NCBI RefSeq assembly: GCF_000485595.1
Contig: NW_014577078.1
Coordinates: 152,427 to 216,426, forward strand
Direction: 5' to 3'
DNA: 64,000 nt
From: Priapulus caudatus
Lineage: Eukaryota
Part shown: one piece after another, positions 1-13,723 of the stretch
How the letters are laid out: each line of letters begins with the position of its first letter
Position numbering within the stretch: position 1 is the stretch's first letter
Made by a program: the position numbers and the translations under genes
Notes under the pieces: generated by a model
Database searches by the model: none
Told to the model about the DNA's origin: nothing
Seen by the model: only the letters and a program-made list of their open reading frames with translations

Positions 1-560
1 ATATAATAATGAATTATAACATCGAAGTTGGATATATAATACGGCCAAGATAGTATGAAAGTGTAATTCATACGATTCGATCTGAAATTTCTGTAATTAT
101 TGGAATATATGACCGATTTAAACAGTAACAGCACCAATATTTTATAAATATTTATTTTAGCAGCACAACATATATTAAATCACACTATCTGTAGTTAGAT
201 GACAGAGAAACGAAATAAAATGGTCACATAAAATGGTCAGAAACCATATTTCCAGCCATTTGAAATTCGAAGGGTACTTCTCTTTGAGACACAAATATGC
301 GTATATGGCAGGGGAGAAAGCGGTGCATTTAAACTAAAACAACTGCACGTGTTAAATGGAATTACACAAATGCGGATTCCCCACCACCTGCCAGGAATGC
401 AAACTCATTGACTTAGCACGTGGCTGTGAGACACCACAAAAGAGATGTCTAAATAAAAAAGTCATGGTAAATAAACACGAAATGTATTTACTACCAGTCG
501 TGTTGCTTTACTTCCCTTCGCCTATTATTCCCGATAACTTCCTGTAAATGCCGTTCCTAT

Positions 561-730
561 GCTCCTCTGCAACACGAGTACACAGCACGCACGCCGCTGT
601 GCACAAACAACATTAATAAAGAGCTGTTTGTTTGTTGTTGTTATGTTTGTTCTTGTCGTGAAATACTCTTTATTCTTGTTGTTTGTGCACAGCGGCGTGC
701 GTGCGGTGTTCTCATGTGTTGTAGAGGAGC
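561..730. mobile_element. Hairpin MITE with ~50-bp TIRs
   Basis: gctcctctgcaacac...gcacgcacgccgctgtgcacaaacaaca is mirrored by tgttgtttgtgcacagcggcgtgcgtgc...gtagaggagc. Confidence 0.7.
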
Positions 731-3434
731 TTATCTTATTTATATGACCAGATTATGGTGAATATAAGATAAAGGTTGAAAACAGTGCTTAGCAGTAACT
801 ATATATAACATACAATTTCATATTATTAGGTCAGCAAGTTTATCCTATGCATTACCATGAAAAATCGGCCATTGCTGTAAAATAAACTATGTAGTGTCAA
901 AACCCAAAATCATCACAAATAGGCTAGTAAGGGTTACTAACACGCACAGAATCACAACAACACTCACCTACATAATAGCATAATGCACAGGTTTATTTAA
1001 TCACTATGGACACTAGTTGTTCCAGTCTCATGATGAGGTATATTACATCGGACAATCTCGTAACACTAATAAATGTTATGTAATTACCAAAACGTTACAT
1101 CAAAATATATCTGGAGATTAACAAGACTTCATGTAGCAGATATGGTAATATGACATCAGCTGTGGTGGTTGCATCCGCAGATCCAAGGGTCAAGAAGCCA
1201 TCCACCTTTCGTGACTATATGTCAATGTTCTCAAGTGTGGCAAACACTTTCCCCAGTTGAAATAGTCACGAATTAATACGAATATAGATTAAAAGGGGTA
1301 ACACACACACACTTTGGACGGACTTGCCCTCACACAATTCTTAGATCTGCCTATCACGTGGGTAGACATATACAAACAAAACAATATATCTATGCAGCTG
1401 CAAAACTTCATTGTATATATATCCTGTTAAACCCATCCTTTGTCAAATAGTTAGACATAAAAACCGCATCTGCTCAGCTGTTAGACCATGCACCTGCTCT
1501 AAACTTCAAACTGTTTGCTGACGTTAAGATAAGCTGCCCTTCATTTTCATTTTCCTCTCCTTTTCTGTATTCTCTGTAGGCCATTGTACAAGGTCAGCCA
1601 AGCCATACGCAACCGAGATATTTACAATTACTAGAAATGTTCATAACATAAACTGTATTCAGCCACAACTCACACCACAAAAACACTTATACAAGTGCTA
1701 TTCATTATCATGACCACCAAATCTTAAGTGGGGTTCTGTCACTAGACACTCGTATAAATTTTACGATATAATTTCGACATATACATATTCGCAACATATT
1801 ACATGGAATGTTACTATGTGGTCTGATATGGAAACAAAATAATTGACAGTTAAAGACGGTCACAACAGAGATATTTACATTTACACGACACTGACATTCT
1901 TACAGTGCATAACAACAAAGGCACTGAAATACATCATCATAAGTGGAATGTGAAAGATGTACACTCATATGAATTTGTTTCTCACAACCCACCCTTCATA
2001 CGAAACTCAAATCGCTGCAATCAATTTGCAAACACCTAAAGCTCACACGTATGCCATATAGTCTTCGACATCATTCTAGACATTATAGACGGATTTTATG
2101 AATCGAAATCAACCTAGAAATGTCATATACCAACACAATTCATAAACTTGTACTGCACAAACGCACAATACGCGTACGCAACAACAGGTCTTACTCTATG
2201 TCTACATATTCCTACCCTATATAGAACCGTATAAACCTCATTAATATCAACAGTAAAAAGCAAGAGACCAACAGAATCCACACGCACGCGCACGCACGGA
2301 CGCACGCACGCACGCACACACATACATGTGAATGCCACTATTACGTTTAATGTGGCATTTCAAAATATTGGAAAATTGTCACTAGGAGCCAGTCTAGGAC
2401 ATATATAGTTTTGGTCGACGATGCCTACAACATCTGACAAGTGAGCACTACCAGTCTAACTAGATAATAAGGCTGAAGCAGCAATTCTTGACTGCAACTG
2501 TTAGACAGGCTTGTAGGTTTGTACATGGGATGAATTTAGTGATGGGCGGATGCTTACTAAGAACAAAATTCTCCCACCTAAATATGCTATCTCTAATTTG
2601 CTGAGAGGCTGGCTTTTACTGTAAACGTGGCACCCGCAAGTGAATTTTTAAATATCTTTTTAGAACACTGGTCAAGACATCATAGCAGTGACATGGAACG
2701 TAACCGAAGCACATGCTTACATGACACAGTGCATTAACCAACCTTCTACACGTTTACTTTTGGGTTTTGAATTTCGGTAAAAAGAGTAAGAATATAAGCT
2801 TTATACATACTAATTGAAGGGCAGACTCCCACAGAAAAATTAAACCAGTGCCATTGCGCCATTCACCATTGTGTCATCGAAACCATGTTGTACATTGGTG
2901 CACAGATTCGGCAACCTACGATCTTGCAAATTCATTCTACACACTGCTGACATCCCGCAGCACCGCTTGAAACTACCGAAATGCCACCATTGCCAAAACC
3001 AATGACAAACTAGTATTGAAACCTAACACACACACTGCACCTTAATTTTAACACAATAAAATCATGTATTTATTCTAAAATGTTTATATGTAGCAGCAAA
3101 ATACAAAGTGTCATTTTTCAACAACTTCCGTCGAACTTAAACATATTGGCTATTCACAACAACTGTTTTGGTACATAAAAAAATCAATCGTGAGGGGGGA
3201 CACAAAGAAAGGTTAAGATGGTACTGCCAAGGTGATCAATGAGCTTGCACTAACTGGTCATGTAACATTAAAACAACGATGTCTATTGGAAGTGTGCTGC
3301 CATAGAATAGAGGAAATGGTGATCGATGTCGAAAACTCGATAAATAATTGCATGCAGTCACAACCTTAGTTTTCTGACAGACTAATGAAATAACCAGCCC
3401 CAATAACATCAGCCGAGCTGGATAAGTTTGGTAA

Positions 3435-3565
3435 GGCCAAAACAAAATATAGGTGTGGTTACCGTTTCCCGACCGACCCTATTTATTCCCAGCGACCCTA
3501 AACATTTTATTGTCAATTTTCTTTAAAGTAAAAAAAAATATTAAAAAATTAAAATTGTTTTGGCC
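3435..3565. mobile_element. GGCC-terminal MITE with TAA TSD (Zator- or PIF/Harbinger-like)
   Basis: TAA|GGCCAAAACAA...TTGTTTTGGCC|TAA; internal ccgaccgaccct motif. Confidence 0.7.
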
Positions 3566-4517
3566 TAATTAACGAATATTTTAGCTTGTGTGGTGTTGTT
3601 AAACCAACAATTAGCATTATAATTACAATTAACAAATAGGAATCTAAGACTTTTTAGGAATATAGTAGTCATTTAAATAATAAAAAATTGCAATGATCAT
3701 GATTTAAATTTAAGTTTAAGCAGCCAGATATAATATATCTTAACTATTACAACTTCTTGGTCTAAAATTTGCCTCCACAAACAGTCAAAGCACAACATAG
3801 GCATACATCGTTTGCATGAAAAATTATTAGAAATGTTGTTATTTACAATGAATAACCTAGATTTGAAAAAACACATTAATTACTTATGATATCAAACAGG
3901 AACAACTAGTATGCAACAGAAATCAACCACAAATTAACTTTAAAAAATTCAGAATGCTTGATCGTGCTGTCATTTAATTAATGTGAAAAAGTGGTACACA
4001 CACCGAAATGAGGTACGTCTTTGCCTAATAAACGCCTCCAAGTGAAATACAGGCAGGTTCCATTTCGCGACAGGGTTAGGTTCCAGTAAAACAGGGTTGT
4101 AAAATGAAGTCGTAAAACAAGACCAAATTATAATGCAATTAAATGCTATCATTCCACCCACAATGAACCACGAAAAACAAAAGAAGCGCATATTGCGTGT
4201 TTGGACTCAAAGGCATTGCTGCGATGTGTTATCGAGTTGCGACTTTCTTGTTATTTACAATTTTTTAGGTAACTTTGAAAAGGTCATTACTGTACCTACC
4301 TGTATAAGAAAATAGCCATGACCACTTTGCAGCACGTTTTTACTTATGTTAACACCTGAAAAATATTGCAAATTGCATCCTGCTAAAATAACATGTCAAT
4401 TAATTTGATTAGTTATAGAATGCTTACAATCACAACCCCCACCCCAATTGATTTAAAAAATATATTTTTGCTGATTTTTCACCAGTAGCAGTCATTAGCA
4501 CCTGGGCCAATGTATAG

Positions 4518-4573
4518 TTAGAAATTCGCTGAACCTCCTTGGTCTGGAATTAAGCGTCCTGATTTTACATCAC
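4518..4573 (-). CDS. GIPC1: GIPC terminal coding exon 6
   Basis: Acceptor ttcaatttcag; (G)DVKSGRLIPDQGGSANF-TAA completes the conserved IGD.K.GR ending; phase fits exon 5. Confidence 0.85.
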
Positions 4574-5991
4574 CTGAAATTGAAGAATGAATGGAAATTC
4601 ATTATATTTAATAAAGCATATGCGCTCTGATAAATTCATGCAAATATGGAAACAATTTTTCTCAATCATGTATACATAATCAGACTAACCACAATATAAC
4701 GACAAATTTTGGCCACAAGTGCAACAGTTTCTTTCCCATATGTAGCACCATTTTTACTGCCCAGGGCATTTTCTTTACTATAGTTTGTGCCAGATATGGT
4801 TGTTGTTGCAATGGTAACATGTAACAAGTCAAATGGCGATTGACAAATGGCAAACCATCAAGTGGAGGTTTAGGATAACATTGCCACAAAGAATGAAGCA
4901 GCACTGGAATTTTGCAGCAATCATGAAGACAATAAGCAGTCCCATTTAGGATCGCACTGCTCGTGGAATAAGGAAGGCCCTAGAAAAGGTTCCGTAAAAT
5001 TTTCTGTTTCTCACATGCTGGCCAGCCGGCCGCAGCTGAAGGGAATCCTATTAACATGGTCACAAGATACAGAACAAAATGAATGATACATGATAGTTCA
5101 GGCGAGAGGCACGTACATGCCACAAACACCAAAAGATGACTCTTCAATATAACACTTATACACCATACATAGGCTACAAACAATCATTACACGTAGCCAC
5201 AACACATTCATTGTCAGACAAAGAAACGTGAAGTGGCCGATTTTTAGCTGACCTGAGACATCACTTAGAACATGCTAATGCGATGCCACATACAATTGCA
5301 TTCCATCTCTTCACCCTACCTTCTCACTGTAAAGCGTCAACTTGAGCCACAAATCTGAATGGCTTGACGTATGATATGACTTATATTATATGATGATGCT
5401 TGGCTTGACGTTGATATTCGGAACGTAGGGGGATAACTCAAAAGACCGGGAGGTCAAATGTGGTGCCAAGGTTCGACAGTCAAGAGGTGAAAAGAGAGGG
5501 AAAATACACCTTCCTAGCCTAACGAATAGGACCAGCATTGAGGAAGCAGAAAATTGCAGAATAAATGTAAATGCTTTAAACTATGCTCTAGATATTTGGT
5601 ACAGAGTCATGGTGGGCCAAACAACAGATCTGTAACCTTTTTTAAAACAGGGTCTGACAGACTGAGTGGAATTTTTCCAGTGGTGACCTACCATTTTAAG
5701 GACTACTGAATGATCACGGAATGTACTTTGCACTGGCATGCATAGTGTATCAGGTGTTAAAAACATGAATTTTTTGGCATTAAAGAATGACGGAAATGCA
5801 TTTGTTAGTGTGGTCCCCATACCCATGAGGAAGTAAAAAGCTACCATTGCACAGTTAAATTCCAAATGCTAAACTTAGTTGAACACAGTTTAGCTAATAA
5901 TCATTTACATGAGATGCATCAGATACCTATGCCTGTACTTATCTATTTATATATGCACATACTTATCCATCTACTCGTTTTCCACACTTAC

Positions 5992-6120
5992 CTATCACAC
6001 CCCACAGATCAAAAATGAAGTCATCTGTGAAGCCGAATGCTGCAAGGTCACTTTCGTCAACAGCGAAGGCAAAGTCATGGGTGTTCTCCTTGTTTATCCC
6101 AAGCTCCCAGATGGTTTGTG
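5992..6120 (-). CDS. GIPC1: GIPC coding exon 5 (GH2)
   Basis: Acceptor tgtattttag; QTIWELGINKENTHDFAFAVDESDLAAFGFTDDFIFDLWGVI; GTAAGT donor. Confidence 0.92.
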
Positions 6121-6287
6121 CTAAAATACAGAATAATAAATAAAATTGTAGAAAAATTCTGATATTTGGCCCTCAGTCAAACTAACTAATTATCTGTGCA
6201 TGTATCAAGTAATCAACTCAGTTTTCTATTTTACTAAAGCTACTGGAATAGTCCAAGGTTGCCCCAATAGTCAGGTCCACTAAATAC

Positions 6288-6369
6288 CTAATTCAATGTC
6301 GTTGATGCCCATGAATGACTCTAGTAGGCTGTTTATCTTCTCAATTGCCATGACAACCAGTTCATCAGG
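6288..6369 (-). CDS. GIPC1: GIPC coding exon 4 (GH2)
   Basis: Acceptor ttccctcttcag; PDELVVMAIEKINSLLESFMGINDIEL; GTATT donor; 82 nt. Confidence 0.93.
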
Positions 6370-6892
6370 CTGAAGAGGGAAAAGAAACATGAATTACTTT
6401 TTTATCACAAAGGAACATTAGCTAATCCACAGAGAACAACTGTACGTACATGTATTTTAGGCTGCACATGTACAATGACAACCGGCCAGACATAGCCAGA
6501 AGTGCTAATGTTTCTGCAAGGATTAAACTTTACAGAAGGTTTCAGGGTTACATGCTTGGTGCATATATGTTGCACTTAGGCTTACTGCTGAAAGATTTAA
6601 AATCTCGTGAACAACACAACGCCCTCATCGTGGATTCAGGCTCATTGCTGATCTAAAATAATATTGCCAAACTATATTGACAAAATGCAATAGTCACAAG
6701 ACTAGACAATTAAACACATTTGGCACTAAACATTTTGAAATCATAACGGTTATTCTTAATTTTACCTATTTATAGGCTGTAATGCACGTGGCATATACCT
6801 ACACACATTCCCATGGCCGCATTTCAATATCTATCTAACCACGTGCTTCATTACATATCATGCATGATAAGACACACGGCTGCAATACTCAC

Positions 6893-7002
6893 TGCCTGTT
6901 CTACTTTTGCTGGGCCATTACTGCGCAGACGCAGCGTCTCCTTTCCTGTGCCAAGCTTTCCACTCTTAGACTTTCCAGGATTTGATCTGGGGCCAATTTC
7001 AG
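6893..7002 (-). CDS. GIPC1: GIPC coding exon 3 (linker)
   Basis: Acceptor aattacag; EIGPRSNPGKSKSGKLGTGKETLRLRSNGPAKVEQA matches the conserved GTG.ETLRLRS.GPA.VE motif; GTGAGT donor. Confidence 0.93.
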
Positions 7003-7536
7003 CTGTAATTGTCAATGCATGATACATGAAATGGTGCTGGAGCTGAGCGGGGTCTCATCGTAGGGGTTTGCAGAGTGGCATTTTCCATTGACGATTTTAT
7101 GTCATGTGACGTTGTGACTTGAACAAGATAGTAGTCATAAACGTGTGAATATAGTTCTACCCACCTACTATTTAACATAAGATATAACAAAGAATTTCAT
7201 GATAAAACCATTTAAAATCCAAAAGTACAAGACATTTCCAGGGACATAGCAAACTCATTTTGCCTGGGGGATGGGCGGCAAAGCAATGCATGGTTTGTAA
7301 TCTGTCATTCTGTAAATTCAAATTTCAATCTGCTTGCCATCCATATTTTACGATAGTTTAGCAGTTATATACAATACATATAATACAATAATGCTGCTAC
7401 AGCGATATAATAATGCCTCCAGGGGATGATTAGCCGAGAGTCGTATAAAGAGCATATATATATAATATATATCAACAAGTCAGGTGCCAGAAACATTCAG
7501 CAACAGAGCGAACATCACACGTTTCAGTCTACCGAC

Positions 7537-7805
7537 CAGGCCCGCGCCGGGCGCGCGCTAAATCGCAGCGTACAGCCACAAAATGTTGAACCGGGCTAAG
7601 TTAGCACTGGTTGACTGCGCATGCTCAGTTTAGCTTGTTACATCACTCAGTAGACAGCTAAGTACTTTTATCTGACCCAAATAAGGCTATGCACATGTGT
7701 ATTGCAAAATTTAGCTAGTGCCAGTCCCCGGATTGCATACACACACAGTTTAGCGTGGTCTAACTTAGTCCGGGCTAACTTACGACGCTTCAAAGCGGGC
7801 CTGGC
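7537..7805. mobile_element. MITE with short GC-rich TIRs
   Basis: ccaggcccgc at the left end and gcgggcctgg at the right end. Confidence 0.5.
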
Positions 7806-8003
7806 CCACCGCTATTTGCAGGGATAACTTAGTCTGGACTAGGGGGTATTTAGCCCAGGATAGCATGTACATATTGCAAAAATTGATATAGGATATCGGA
7901 TATAGGATATAGGATATTTGATATAGGATCAAATTTGCAGTCTGTTTAGGGGGTTAGTAAAAGCAGTCTGCATTCAAAAAATGTATAGTCCCTTTCCCAC
8001 TAA

Positions 8004-8313
8004 GGCCTAAAAAAATGATGTGTTTCCGAGAACTTGACCCTACCTAGCAAATAGGGGCCGACCATTTTTTTTCTCAATTTTCGAAAAAAAAATTTTATCA
8101 AAAAAATAAAAAATAAAAATAAATTATCAATTCTCAAAAATAAATTATCAATCAAAAAATAAATCATAAACTCCTAGAATATGGTACTTACCTCACCTCT
8201 GAACACTTGACATTTTCGGATTTTTCCATTTAAAAAAAATAAAAAATCCCTACCTACCCTACCTAATTTTTTAAAGACCGTTCTCGGAAACACATCATTT
8301 ATTTTTTTAGGCC
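8004..8313. mobile_element. GGCC-terminal MITE with TAA TSD
   Basis: TAA|GGCCTAAAAAAA...ATGATGTGTTTCCGAGAAC mirrored by GTTCTCGGAAACACATCAT...TTTTTTTAGGCC|TAA. Confidence 0.8.
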
Positions 8314-8397
8314 TAACCATTCCATGTTTAATAGATGATCTTCAGTGTGATACATCTTCAGTTCACCGCTGTTGTCTTCGTCCTATGTAGTATATCA

Positions 8398-9899
8398 GGC
8401 CACAATTAAAAAAATCTTTGTTTGCCCTCACCCGACCCAGGCTGAAAAGTTTGGGTAAGTAGGCTTCTTCTTCTTCTTTTTGAGGGGGGTCTTTTTACAA
8501 ATTCAGCATGGTGTCTAGTGTCTACATGCTCGGGTGTGCTTGTGTGGAGATACCTTTTATGTTGAATGTTTGTTTTGCTTGGTACATATAATGTATTGCC
8601 TACAGATTTATATAACGTAGTGATACAATTTGTAAAACAAGTGCCGCGGAGCGACAGCGCTCATCTAACGTCTACTGCGGTGACTCTGTGGTGGAGTGGT
8701 GGGATTCTTAGTAAACCCTGTTAGTCCAAATGTGTTCACATACACGCCTAAACAGTGGAATGCACAGGGATGGTATCAGGAACCTTCTCAAAGGAATGTT
8801 CGTTGGGATCGTTATGAAAGTTGCCACGAGATGGCGCCGTAAGTTTAAGTGTCTTCAGATTAAAGATGGAAGCTCTCATCGTACGTAGTAGCAACAACTA
8901 TTTGCAAGACAGAATAGGTAAGCACTCATCCATTTACCTACGCAAGCCTACAGGCTGCAAATTGCAATATAGAGCTGCCACCTGTAACCATTAACGCAGG
9001 CAAAAACTACACAGTACTATCACCAACACATGCACTGGCAGTAGCCACTGGCAGTGGCATACGTTACATGTAACATACTGACAGTACAGAATGCCATAGA
9101 AATTATACGATTTAAGGAACATTAAACCTTCTTTAACCAAATTTAGCGTTTTGAAATTTCACTGTGACATTGTAGCCTCATACATCCAGGATGTATAAGA
9201 TTCTACTAGCAAACCCGGCAGTCAAATTCTTTTTAACAGACAGTCAACAATCCATGTTTAACCCTCCTCTTGAGGGTCAAAAGGTTTATCTGACACTTAC
9301 TCTTCGCATGTCAGCAGAAAGTAGATTTCATGGTCCTTTCAATAATGCCATAAAAATGCTAGTCCCGCTGAAACAAAAAAGTTTTTCAATCGCTCCGTCA
9401 GACCATGTCCTCATAAAATGTCTAAAATCTGCCCTGTGCCCATTGACCTTTGACCTGTGACCTCCAATTTCGGCACAGTGATGGCATTTCCTACCATGAT
9501 GCTATACACCAACTATCACGAGCCTAGGTCGAGCCGTTTAGATTTGTGCCGCAATTCTGCATTTCCTCCCTATACCTTAAGTTAAGGAGTGAATGTTCCA
9601 CCTTCTTTTACACCTCTTGACCTTTGACCTTTGACCCCCAGCTTCGACATCCCAACTCGTTTTGACGATCCCCCCCCAATGTGCCGAATATCGTGACCGT
9701 ACGTCGAGCGGTTAAGATTTGTGCCCAACTGTTGACAGACGGACGGACGGACGGACGATCATGCGATTCTACAAGCTGCATCTGACTATGTCAGATGAGC
9801 TAAAAAAGAAATGGAAAGGATCAATAACAAATTTTGAGTCGACCCCATTTTGGCGGGTCGGTCAGGTGAGGGCAAACAAACAATATTTTTATTATGGCC
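8398..9899. mobile_element. GGCC-terminal MITE (TCA TSD) hosting a HINE
   Basis: TCA|GGCCACAATT...TTTGTTTGCCCTCACC mirrored by GGTGAGGGCAAACAAA...TATGGCC|TCA. Confidence 0.75.
8634..9806 (-). mobile_element. Non-autonomous Helentron-type element (HINE) family 1, copy A
   Basis: Closely similar reverse complement of 24992-26138. Begins TTTTTAGCTCATCTGAC, carries (CGTC)n repeats and subterminal IR agctcatct/agatgagcg, with T-rich flanks. Confidence 0.8.
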
Positions 9900-10993
9900 T
9901 CACCGCTCTTATTTACCTTTGCAAGCAGTTCAAATTGATATAGCTGAATATTTCACGATAAGCTTATATTGATAAGCTATGATATCACACTCACTTTTCA
10001 TGTTTTAAACAAGCACACTGTATGCTGTATAAATACAGCGTGGTGGCATATAAAGGTGTGCAGGGTTCATTCGGGGGGGGGGGGGGTTGTTGTGCTTTCA
10101 TGTGATCTCACACGAATCACTTCAACTTTCAAGCAGGAAATTTTCAAGGGAGACGGATGGCAGCCATATCGTTAGGACAACGCGGTAAAATTTGTTTTCT
10201 TGTTTTAAAAATCAGCGAAATCAAGAAGGTTTGCTTCCCTGCATTTTCACGAAGATATCCTACCTTATCCGTTAAGAGAAAATAGAGCCATCATTAGTGA
10301 ACACACTACCTGTTGTATTGACAATGACATGACGTTTTCAACCGCACGCGTGACACACGAGATCGCCTAGCTGCCGTGGCCTGACAACACTAATGTGATG
10401 TCACACGCGAGTAATCACGTGACATCATTCCTACAGCATTTCATATATCGGAATGCAGAAATATAAAATACGTTGACCCATCTAGCAACATTATTAAGTG
10501 CTCATTCTGAGACATTTTTTTGACATACTCGAACAATATAAATATATATCTATAATGGGCAATTCCACGGTTAGTAACGTTACATTTTTAAGGTTATAGA
10601 TCCTTCTGGCCAGTAAAATGAAAATGTATACATGTGTGTTCAATCTCAGTAATAATACCAACAATAGTTACAATACTTCTAGTCTAGACATTCTACATAT
10701 TACGTGAAATAAAAACCATTTAGGCTTTCCTTTGAGTTCAGGTGGGAACTTTAATTCTGGTTAGTAATGTTACGGAGAATGGACATAGAAAAGCTGACTT
10801 GTGTTTTAGCATAGAATATTTAATGAGTAGTCTATTTATTTTTAAGCAACACAAAAAAAACCTGGTTAGTAACGTTACGGTTAGTACGTTACAGTTTGTC
10901 CGTCATATAGGTATAAATGATAATGTGAAGTATTTTATACATATATACTCGTCAGGGAAATATCAGTATAATTACTGTGCTGCATGATATAAT

Positions 10994-11129
10994 CAGGAGT
11001 GAATAATAATAGATTAATAATCTATATGTATATAAATAATCTAATTATCTAAATAATTAAATAATTTAAATTATCAAATTAATTTATAATTATCTAAATA
11101 ATATAATAATCTATTATTATTCACTCCTG
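10994..11129. mobile_element. Small foldback MITE with 7-bp TSD (P-superfamily-like)
   Basis: ATATAAT|CAGGAGTGAATAATAATAGATT...AATCTATTATTATTCACTCCTG|ATATAAT. Confidence 0.7.
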
Positions 11130-11648
11130 ATATAATCATAATAATCCAACTTATGTTCATTTCGGTAGCAGTACCATTTATAAGGTTTCAGATAATTGTA
11201 TGAATATCATAACATACCAAACTTAATATATGTAATTATGCCTTCAGTTAATAGGTAAAACAAAGCAAAAGGTACAAGTTTCACTAATTTCTAAAACACT
11301 ACAAAGATGTAATCTTGAACATCATTTAACTGGGTATAAGACTAATTTAGCAATGCATCTGTCCCATTGTGTCAGAACTAAAAAAAAGAATAACTATCTA
11401 GATACAAATATATGACTATGCACATTGAGCTGTATTTAGATAATCTCAGTTTAGATATATATATATGATATTCAAGTTTGACCGGGTTAATATTATAGCT
11501 AAACATGTTGAATAGATGGCACAATTGGCAAAACTATCTAGAATGAATGTGACACAAATAATAATTTTAGGCTGCATTTCCACGAAATCCATCAATGAAT
11601 CTAATAAATATATGCATTTACCAGAATTTCACTACTATTTATACTTAC

Positions 11649-12018
11649 TAAACCCAGCTTTGCGTGGTTCCACGAGTCGTAACGTAAACGTTGAGAATTT
11701 CGGTATTTCCTTTAACATTCTTGCCACTTCGAAATGACGTGCACCAATCAGAGACTTATCATTTATCTTCTCAATGTGATCACCAACACAAACATGAGTA
11801 ATGGCATCCATTGTGCTTCCTTCTTTGATGCGCTTGATAAAAGCATACCCAGCTCCATTATCTGTGATAGTCAGTCCTAATGCCTCGTCGGTTTTCGTGA
11901 TTTCAATTTCCTTCGCCTGGCCTTTTCGATGGACAAATATAAAATCATCGAGTCCGATTTGACCACCCAGCAACCTTGACATATCTATCTTGTGAGTGTT
12001 TAATGTGCAGTAGAGTAT
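11649..12018 (-). CDS. GIPC1: GIPC coding exon 2 (GH1 end + PDZ domain)
   Basis: Acceptor ttatcattgcag, then [10 protein letters not shown]...LVEPRKAGF, then GTAAGT donor; 370 nt. Confidence 0.96.
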
Positions 12019-12558
12019 CTGCAATGATAAAAACAAAACATTCATAGAGATTCTCTGAAACCATTGCACTCTATAGAGCATAAACACACGGACGCACGCA
12101 CACACTCACGCACACGTCCACTCACTCACACATGCACAAACCCGCACATGATCCTCCTTAACTCCATAAACACAATCACCAGTTTAGCCTAACCCTATCC
12201 TACGTGATTTACTTCTTAAAAATTGCATCCCACCCCCACCGCCTTCTACGAACTTGTTCGGCCTACGGCCCTGCGGACCTGTTTGTTTGGGACGAATCGG
12301 TCTGATCAGGGAGCCGTTGTCAGAAACATTGTAAAGTTATTGCTAAGACAGCCCTTACAGCTAATATTAATGTTACAAGAATAGCGTTGACAGAAACACA
12401 TCACAGCTGTTAGAAAAGGATAACAGGAAGTTCGTAAATTGATGTCACAAGGCTGCTGATTGGATGAGAATCGATCACAAAATTCAAGTTCATATACATT
12501 TATTGTACATCACAGTAATTTATACATATTATGATGGTTAACAATATATATAAACAAA

Positions 12559-13542
12559 CTAGAAATGGCAGTTGTCGCCAACTACATGTATCCCCTGCGA
12601 TCTAGTATGAATGAAATGTCTCCGTAAGGACGTACAAGGTAGGTAAAGTAAAATAAGTCACAAAGACAAAGGTTTGTTACACAACTCATCTGCCTCAGAG
12701 CATTTTAACATTTTTTCGCACAAATCCGCTATGTTGATTAGGGTTAAACTAAACGTCGGAGAGTTTATCTTCAAGTTCAGAATAAAGGTCAAAGACAGGT
12801 GCCAATGCACACTCTCTCACGCGCAAGTCTCAGACGTGCAAGTCTTAAGTATACCAAGTCAGGTTGCGCTAGGTGAATTAGAGGCCGAGTTATAGAACGG
12901 AAGGGAAATATGATCAATTTAAAGGTTTAGGTCAAAAGGTCGCAGTCACCTGGTTTTGGTACGCGACACACCTTCTCCCCAAGATGTGTAAGTATACCAA
13001 GTTTTCTCGCGCTAGGTCAATTAGGAGCAAAGTTATAGAGCAGAAGGGAAATATGATCAAAGTCAAATAAAGGTCGCAGTGACTTGGTTTTAGTACGCGA
13101 CACACCTTTTCCCCAAGATGTGTAAGTATACCAAGTTTGGTCGCGCTAGGTCGATTAGGGGCCCGAGTTATAGAGCGGAAGGAAAATATAATCAAGGTCA
13201 AGGTCAAATAAAGGTCGCAGTGACCTGGTTTTGGTACGCGACACACCTTCTCCCCAAGATATGTAAGTATACCAAGTTTGGTCATGCTAGGTCAATTACG
13301 GGCCGAGTTATAGAGCGGAAGAGAAATATGATCAAGGTCAAGGTCAAGGTCAAATACAGGTCGCATTGACCTGGTTTTGGTACGCGACACACCTTTTCCC
13401 CAAGCTGTGTAAGTATACTAAGTTTGGTCGTGCTAGGTCAATTAAGGGTCGAGTTATAGAGCGGAAGTGTCTGCGGCGGCTGGACAGACATGAAACCATA
13501 CCATGAAACCAAGTAGTAGACTTCGCCGCAGGGGATACAATA
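12559..13542 (-). mobile_element. HINE family 3 with internal tandem array
   Basis: Subterminal IR TGTATCCCCTGCG/CGCAGGGGATACA; 3' hairpin GTAGTTGGCGACAACTGC followed by CTAG-TTT on the minus strand. Confidence 0.75.
12845..13467. repeat. Tandem array, ~4.5 copies of a ~135-147-bp unit, inside the HINE
   Basis: AAGTATACCAAGTTTGGTC(G/A)YGCTAGGTC and TGGTTTTGGTACGCGACACACCTT recur at ~140-bp spacing; unit length varies with the number of AAGGTC repeats. Confidence 0.9.
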
Positions 13543-13723
13543 ATATCAGATGAAAAAAACGACATGCTAAGCGGCTCGTGAATTTATTCTGCACAGCAAG
13601 TCAGCAACACAAGAAGCGCGCGTCATTGAGTCCATCAAAATATTCAAAACGAGAGAACAAACACCACTTGTCAGGGCTAGATACTAACCATTTTAGTTCA
13701 TTAGTCCACAGGACTAGTAAAAG

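Noticed and set aside
12845..13467. Regularly spaced repeats resembling a CRISPR array; ORFs 12932-13285 and 13118-13369
   Set aside because: The whole ~140-bp unit repeats with no unique spacers, there are no cas genes and the context is eukaryotic; the ORFs are repeat translations.
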